A DNA stretch of 63,337 bases, filler included, from Candidatus Woesearchaeota archaeon (GTDB taxonomy: Archaea > Nanobdellota > Nanobdellia > Woesearchaeales > GCA-2685855), in the NCBI GenBank assembly GCA_002685855.1. It is 6 parts of 6 records of this genome, joined end to end, with 100 filler letters (N's around TTAATTAATTAA, not from the genome) between each part and the next. Parts side by side here need not be neighbours in the genome. Positions count along the whole stretch, not along the records: positions 55,100 to 63,337 come from NYYS01000032.1; 5 more parts are not named here. One strand, given 5' to 3'. A model generated the notes under the pieces. It saw only the letters and a list, made by a program, of their open reading frames with translations. It was not told where the DNA came from and searched no databases. Both the position numbers and the translations under genes were made by a program. Below are positions 58,125 to 63,337 of this stretch, piece after piece. Each line of letters begins with the position of its first letter. Positions within the stretch are counted from its first letter, which is position 1.

Positions 58125-59072
58125 CTAGATCAATCCCTGTCTATCCACAAGATAGTGCATCCTACTACTAAACGTCCGAGCAGCATCCCTTCCCCACCTC
58201 TGAGCCACATGAAGAATAATCGACCCCACGCCGTTCTCAATCAACCCATACCTTTCATCTCCCCCGTTAGGAACTCCTCTAATAAACAAGATGTTCTGTT
58301 CAGGGTTCCCCACACCGTTAAATCGCTTTGTCATCAATGCACGTAGCTCACGAAGTTCATCTCGAACATAGATCAGATGAGCATGCTCCTTCTTTGCCGA
58401 TGCACTCCTCCTCCAAAGACGTTCAACCTCTCGATACCCCACCGGAAGATCAACATGCGTCACAAAACAGCTCAGAAAACTCTCCTCTGTGTCACGACAG
58501 ATCCCTGAAACATGAACATCCATCTGTCCTTCATAGCCCAACTCTTCTGAGATCTCATCATACACATTCCGCATAATAAGATCTCTCGGATCAAGGTCTA
58601 TCGTCGAATAATCAGAATTAAAATCCAGAAACCCTGCAGGAGAAAGATAGGTATTCGGCAGATGCTCTCCCTTCCGGTGCCCAAACACAGAATAGCCATC
58701 TGCTGTTGTTGTCACATGAATCGTGCTCAGCACGTTCAACGTCCTATTCAATCGATGATAGGCCTCTGAAGAAACCGTTCCTTCAAGTCTTCCTACCTTT
58801 GCCTCCCGCATCAGCTCCCTCTTCAGAAAGTACTGCTTAAACCGTGTTCTCCCTGTCTTAACCGTTCCCTTAGGAGTAATCCCTTCAAACGTAGGCAAAA
58901 AGTTGTTCCTAAAACTTGGATTTCTGTCAAACGCCTCAGAAAGCTCCTCTAAGCGCCCTTCAAGCACTTTAGGAATGTCCTTCTTCTTTACCCCTCGTAC
59001 AGCAGGGTTATACGTAAAATCCATATCCTCAATTCGAGTAGGCTCTTCCGGCACATATTCCAGGACGATCAT
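58125..59072 (-). CDS. Nudix-fold-like hypothetical protein
   Basis: TADGYSVFGHR...SPAGF...EISEELG resembles a degenerate Nudix box. Confidence 0.5.
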   Translation of the reverse strand: MIVLEYVPEEPTRIEDMDFTYNPAVRGVKKKDIPKVLEGRLEELSEAFDRNPSFRNNFLPTFEGITPKGTVKTGRTRFKQYFLKRELMREAKVGRLEGTVSSEAYHRLNRTLNVLSTIHVTTTADGYSVFGHRKGEHLPNTYLSPAGFLDFNSDYSTIDLDPRDLIMRNVYDEISEELGYEGQMDVHVSGICRDTEESFLSCFVTHVDLPVGYREVERLWRRSASAKKEHAHLIYVRDELRELRALMTKRFNGVGNPEQNILFIRGVPNGGDERYGLIENGVGSIILHVAQRWGRDAARTFSSRMHYLVDRQGLI

Positions 59073-59180
59073 ATATCACAAGAACCCCTGCCCATTTATA
59101 AATCTTACCGATCTTTACCACTTCAGAGAAGTATCTAACGATATCTTTATAAATATCCCTCAGTCTCCCTAACAAAGAGA

Positions 59181-59858
59181 ATGACACCCCAAACCCCCTC
59201 TAAACCAGACATAAGAGCTTTCATCTTCGACTACGGCAACCTCCTCATGAGCTTCGACTACAACCTCTTTCTAGCAAAAATAGAACCCTTCACACCCCTC
59301 TCCATCGACCAACTTCACAGAAAGATCTACAGCCCCGGCACCCTCAACGAACAGTTCGAACTCGGCCACCTCACCGGAAGAGAGTTCTTTGAAGCAGTAG
59401 AAAAAGAATGCCAACTCAGAAGAATTTCCCAGCCACAGTTCAGAGAAGCCTACTCCCGCATCATGACACCCCTCCCCAGATCCTACGCATTAGTTGAGGA
59501 ACTGGCAGGCCAAGGCTACGCCTTGGGACTTCTCAGCAACACCAGCCCCTGGATCTACGACGACAACATCAGGATCATGCCCATCTTCCCCCAATTCCAG
59601 GCAATCTCTGTCTCCTTCAAAGTCGGCCATAAAAAACCCGCAGAAGAAATATTTCATGACCAGCTCGATCAACTCGGACTACCCCCTGAAGAATACATCT
59701 ATCTTGACGACCTTCAAGACTATGTAGATGCAGCAAACCGTCTCGGCTTCAAAGCCTACGAATTCAATCCTGCTGAGAACCCTGCTGCATATACAGTTCT
59801 AGGAAAAGAATTAAAAAGAGATTTGGGAATTAGGCTTGAAACTCTTGGAACAAAATAA
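59181..59858 (+). CDS. HAD-family phosphatase (YihX-like)
   Basis: FIFDYGNLL, LLSNT, GHKKP, YLDD. Confidence 0.85.
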   Translation: MTPQTPSKPDIRAFIFDYGNLLMSFDYNLFLAKIEPFTPLSIDQLHRKIYSPGTLNEQFELGHLTGREFFEAVEKECQLRRISQPQFREAYSRIMTPLPRSYALVEELAGQGYALGLLSNTSPWIYDDNIRIMPIFPQFQAISVSFKVGHKKPAEEIFHDQLDQLGLPPEEYIYLDDLQDYVDAANRLGFKAYEFNPAENPAAYTVLGKELKRDLGIRLETLGTK

Positions 59859-60824
59859 CTATTCCTTCCCTGCCTTCGCAATAAAATCTGGCCGCTTCCA
59901 CCGCACCCACAACGTCTGCGGAAGATAGAACAGATTCCATCCATACCCATAGATGATTCCCCACACAAAAAAGAACAAAATGCGAAACAAACTAAACGTT
60001 CGTAAATTCTGGTTTCTCTCTTTCCGCTTTGTATTCATCATTCGATACGTTCTCGGATTCAGATAATGCACAACATCAAACACAGGCAACAATAAAATCT
60101 TCCAAAAAGGATAGTTCCCAAGAACAAACTTGTTCTTCGCCTTCATCAAAACAGGCAAACTCGAAATCCGCGAAACAGGACTCACCTTGTGCAGCATCGC
60201 AGTCCGCCCTGTACACACAACACGATACCCTTGCTTCAGCACCTTCCACTCAATATCCTTATCCTCTCCCATATACATATAGTAATCATCAAACCCGCGC
60301 GTCTTCAAAATAGACTCAGTCCGGAATATCGCATTCGCAGTAGCAACACACTCCACATCATGCAGTTTCTTATCATCAAGATCAAAATACACAGGAAAAG
60401 AAGCACCATTATTCTTCAACTCAAGCCCAATCACCTGCTTTCTCCGCTGCGGATGAATCTCTCCCCCAATCACACCAATATCCTTATGCTTCTCAAAAAT
60501 CTCCAGCATATCCTCAAGAATATGCGCATTCAACACCTCAGTATCACTATCCAACACCCACGTATACTCCCCCTTCACATGATACAGCGCCAGATTCCGC
60601 GCCTTCGGAGCACCAAGATTCCTGTCATAACAATAGAGCCGAACATCAGGATACTCCTTCCTGATCATCTCCACACTCCCATCCTTGCTCCCATTATCAA
60701 CAATCACAACCTCAAACTTCCGATAGGAAAGCTTCTTCAGACTATCCAATAATGCCTTCACATCCTCCTTCCGATTCCAGGAAGGAATAATAATAGATAC
60801 CAGACCCTTTTCAAAACTTTTCAT
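59859..60824 (-). CDS. Glycosyltransferase family 2
   Basis: VSIIIPSWN, VDNGSKDGS, NLG...ARN, LDSD, GFD..Y.Y.GED. Confidence 0.92.
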   Translation of the reverse strand: MKSFEKGLVSIIIPSWNRKEDVKALLDSLKKLSYRKFEVVIVDNGSKDGSVEMIRKEYPDVRLYCYDRNLGAPKARNLALYHVKGEYTWVLDSDTEVLNAHILEDMLEIFEKHKDIGVIGGEIHPQRRKQVIGLELKNNGASFPVYFDLDDKKLHDVECVATANAIFRTESILKTRGFDDYYMYMGEDKDIEWKVLKQGYRVVCTGRTAMLHKVSPVSRISSLPVLMKAKNKFVLGNYPFWKILLLPVFDVVHYLNPRTYRMMNTKRKERNQNLRTFSLFRILFFFVWGIIYGYGWNLFYLPQTLWVRWKRPDFIAKAGKE

Positions 60825-60891
60825 ACGAAAATGAACAGAAGATTGTTTAAAAAGCTTTAGATTTTATTCAAATAATCTACATCTTTAACTC

Positions 60892-61701
60892 TTAACCCAT
60901 CAGATTCTCAAAGTTGAACTCATCAACAATCGTCTTTGAATTCACAAAATACCTCATCCTCTTATCCAGGAACTGAAATCCATACAAGAGTTCAATAGCT
61001 CTTCGCAACTTCATCAACTGAAAAATAGTACTATCATAATAAGAAAGTCTCTTCACCTTTTTCAGAAAATACTCTCTCAAAATTGGATGAGAATAGAGAT
61101 CCACATACAGAGTGGCAAGATCATACAAAGGAGTATCTTTTCGTGCCTGTTCAAAATCAGTAACAATGATCTTTCCCTTATGTGTCTTACAATTATTAAA
61201 GGTAAAATCACCCTGTGAAAAATTCTTTTCCAACCGTATCAACTTCTTCTTGTTCAACTCAAACACCTTCCGAATCAATGCATAGTTCCTAATAATCTTC
61301 TTCCTTTGCAGATCGCGTGCTCGCAAATAAACATTCAACAAATAGTTTTCATAATCACGCGGAAGTAGATGCCTCACATGCGCACCCTGCAGATCACGAC
61401 AGAACAAACGAAACAGCCTATCAATATTCTTTTTCGTCTTCTTCATTCGTGTAAACAAACAAAACTCAAGAACCAGAACCCTTTCCTTTTCACTCTTTCC
61501 CACAAACCCCACCATGTCAGAAAACCCTCCTTCAGAATAACAAAGCATCTCGCAACGCATATTCTCAATATCTCCCTTTCTCCTTCCTTTCCTCACCTTA
61601 TACTGCTTCACAAACACCTTTTTCCCTTTATAGAACGCAGTAAAAAGATCATGTTTGCTGAGAACAGCAAACTCCTGGATATTCTCGAGATCTGCAAGCA
61701 C
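60892..61701 (-). CDS. APH/choline-kinase-like phosphotransferase
   Basis: FVKQY, SQGDFTFNN (HGD-like), VTDFE, PLYDLATL. Confidence 0.7.
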   Translation of the reverse strand: MLADLENIQEFAVLSKHDLFTAFYKGKKVFVKQYKVRKGRRKGDIENMRCEMLCYSEGGFSDMVGFVGKSEKERVLVLEFCLFTRMKKTKKNIDRLFRLFCRDLQGAHVRHLLPRDYENYLLNVYLRARDLQRKKIIRNYALIRKVFELNKKKLIRLEKNFSQGDFTFNNCKTHKGKIIVTDFEQARKDTPLYDLATLYVDLYSHPILREYFLKKVKRLSYYDSTIFQLMKLRRAIELLYGFQFLDKRMRYFVNSKTIVDEFNFENLMG

Positions 61702-61798
61702 ATCCTACTTACACTCTTAAGATATAAAAAAGTATTGATTGAGTATTTTATAAATACAAAAACAACAAATTTATTAAGGAAAGAAATGGATAACACCC

Positions 61799-62335
61799 AT
61801 GAAATATCGATCGTTACGCCCAGATCAGATTATTACATTAAGAGATTACCCTTTGTACAATCAGCACATTCTAAGGATATACTTTAGAGTTTTTTCAAAA
61901 AACCAGGGGAAAATACTACCTCCTGTTCCCGTAATACACAAATCCCTCGGAATACCTTTGATAAAAAGCAGAACTCCCTCAGCAAAAAAACATAATCAGC
62001 TCCTATCTACTTTTTTAGAAAAAAATCCTGCTGCAGAATACTTTCTTCTGGATGGAAGCCACAAGACTACGGCTGCGACATTATCTAAAAAAAAGATCTC
62101 TGTTGTCATAATGGAGACGGACAAGGATTTTAAAGTAGCAAAAAAATTAATCAAATCAGGAGAAATTTTTGGCTGGCATTCACCGAAAAATTCCATTGAT
62201 GAGGCCATTAATGAATTAGCTAAACATCACAGAGGTTCGGAACGATTTCTTACGGTTGAAGACAAATCAAAACTCTTAGTTAAGAATAAGGATGTTCCCA
62301 ACTATATTATCTCCTTTTTTAAGAGCAGGAAATAG
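61799..62335 (+). CDS. ParB/Srx-fold-like hypothetical protein
   Basis: LPPVPV...YFLLDGSHKTTAA...ISVVI resembles the ParB/Srx DGxHR motif. Confidence 0.5.
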   Translation: MKYRSLRPDQIITLRDYPLYNQHILRIYFRVFSKNQGKILPPVPVIHKSLGIPLIKSRTPSAKKHNQLLSTFLEKNPAAEYFLLDGSHKTTAATLSKKKISVVIMETDKDFKVAKKLIKSGEIFGWHSPKNSIDEAINELAKHHRGSERFLTVEDKSKLLVKNKDVPNYIISFFKSRK

Positions 62336-62398
62336 GTAGAATGGCTCACACAGCCACAAACCCGTAACCTTTTTATACTGCAATCCATCATCTCATTC

Positions 62399-63337
62399 AT
62401 GACAGACCAATCTGAAGGAAAAGACGATTTCAACCTGAAAACCATAAAACTACCTCTTTTCCTCAAAAAACACTGGCCCCTTATTCTCCTAGCTTTCATC
62501 CTCCTCTTCGGCTTCTACCTCAGAAGCTATCACCTCGACTATCCTGCGGTCGGCTACCATAACTGGAAAGAAACACACTACCTCACAGAAGCAAGAAACT
62601 TTGAACGAAACGGCTTCTTTGACAATGGATTCTTTATCCCCCAAAAATCCTGGAGCGGACTCGGATTCACCCAGGACGGACTTCACGCAGACACCTTTCC
62701 CATAACATCGATCCTTGCAGGAATAATGTTCATCTTCTTCGGATTTGAACTCTGGGCAGCACGCCTCCCCGGACTCCTCCTCAATGCAGGAACAATAATC
62801 TTCATCTACCTTCTTGTAAAACGATTATTCGACAGAGAAGATCTCGCTTTAGTATCTGCATTCCTCTTTGCAATAAATCCCTTATACGTCTTCTTCAGCC
62901 ACAACGTGCAATTAATGAATCCCGCAATCTTCTGCATGATTGCATCTGCCTACTTCTTTGTAGTCTGGTCAGAATCCCTCCAAAGAAAACACCTCTTCTG
63001 GGCAGTATCCTTTCTCACCATTGCAACCCTGGCAAAATACAGCTTCTTTGTCATCGTACTACCTATAGCAGCGATTCTTCCCTGGAAAAAACTCCTCACA
63101 AAACAGTCCTTAATAGAACAATGGAAAAACTATGCAATCAGCATAGCAATCTTTGCACTCGTTCCCCTCTGGGTTCTCTACAACGAACTCGTCCTCTCGA
63201 CTTCAATAAGCAACCAGACCCGAGTAGTCGGCAACCTCGTCTTCCAGAAAGCATGGTGGAATATGTTCAAGATCTACACCATGGACAATCTCACTATTTT
63301 TGGACTCTGGCTTTCCCTTGTAGGGCTCGTATTCCTC
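62399..63337 (+). CDS. GT-C (family 39, ArnT/PMT-like) membrane glycosyltransferase, runs off the window
   Basis: Translated by hand: MTDQSEG...LLFGFYLRSYHLD....GYHNWKETHYL.EARNF; many TM helices; absent from the ORF track because it has no stop in the window. Confidence 0.8.
   Translation, partial: MTDQSEGKDDFNLKTIKLPLFLKKHWPLILLAFILLFGFYLRSYHLDYPAVGYHNWKETHYLTEARNFERNGFFDNGFFIPQKSWSGLGFTQDGLHADTFPITSILAGIMFIFFGFELWAARLPGLLLNAGTIIFIYLLVKRLFDREDLALVSAFLFAINPLYVFFSHNVQLMNPAIFCMIASAYFFVVWSESLQRKHLFWAVSFLTIATLAKYSFFVIVLPIAAILPWKKLLTKQSLIEQWKNYAISIAIFALVPLWVLYNELVLSTSISNQTRVVGNLVFQKAWWNMFKIYTMDNLTIFGLWLSLVGLVFL

Overview
The window is six separate contigs joined by artificial 100-bp linkers (44 N + TTAATTAATTAA + 44 N), so genes on either side of a linker are not true neighbours. 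Five contigs (1-9040, 15390-36995, 37096-44140, 44241-54999, 55100-63337) look like a DPANN archaeon, probably Woesearchaeales/Nanoarchaeota-like. They carry trmB, a CCG/FAD/4Fe-4S oxidoreductase trio, toxin-antitoxin pairs, radC, an S-layer gene, the gins15-rpl44e-rps27e-aIF2alpha-nop10-PAC2 cluster, a large type IV pilus/adhesin locus, an intein-containing PolD large subunit, aIF2beta, a MoxR/DUF58/vWA cluster, rpl41e, the 5' end of an archaeal 16S rRNA gene and a surface-glycan locus. One contig (9141-15289) is bacterial (mnmE-mnmG-mfd with two parS sites) and is most likely a binning contaminant. The main findings are: (1) a bacterial-type RpoD/RpoS-like sigma-70 gene on the same contig as the archaeal 16S gene, with an archaeal TATA-type promoter and altered core-binding/melting residues; (2) a palindromic CGAAA-N3-TTTCG box placed exactly 47 nt before an ATG at three loci (radC and two TA modules); (3) a 122-bp MITE with 16-bp TIRs, a 9-bp target duplication and full-length hairpin structure inside the pilus locus. 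All calls are from reading the sequence and motifs by eye; no database searches were run.
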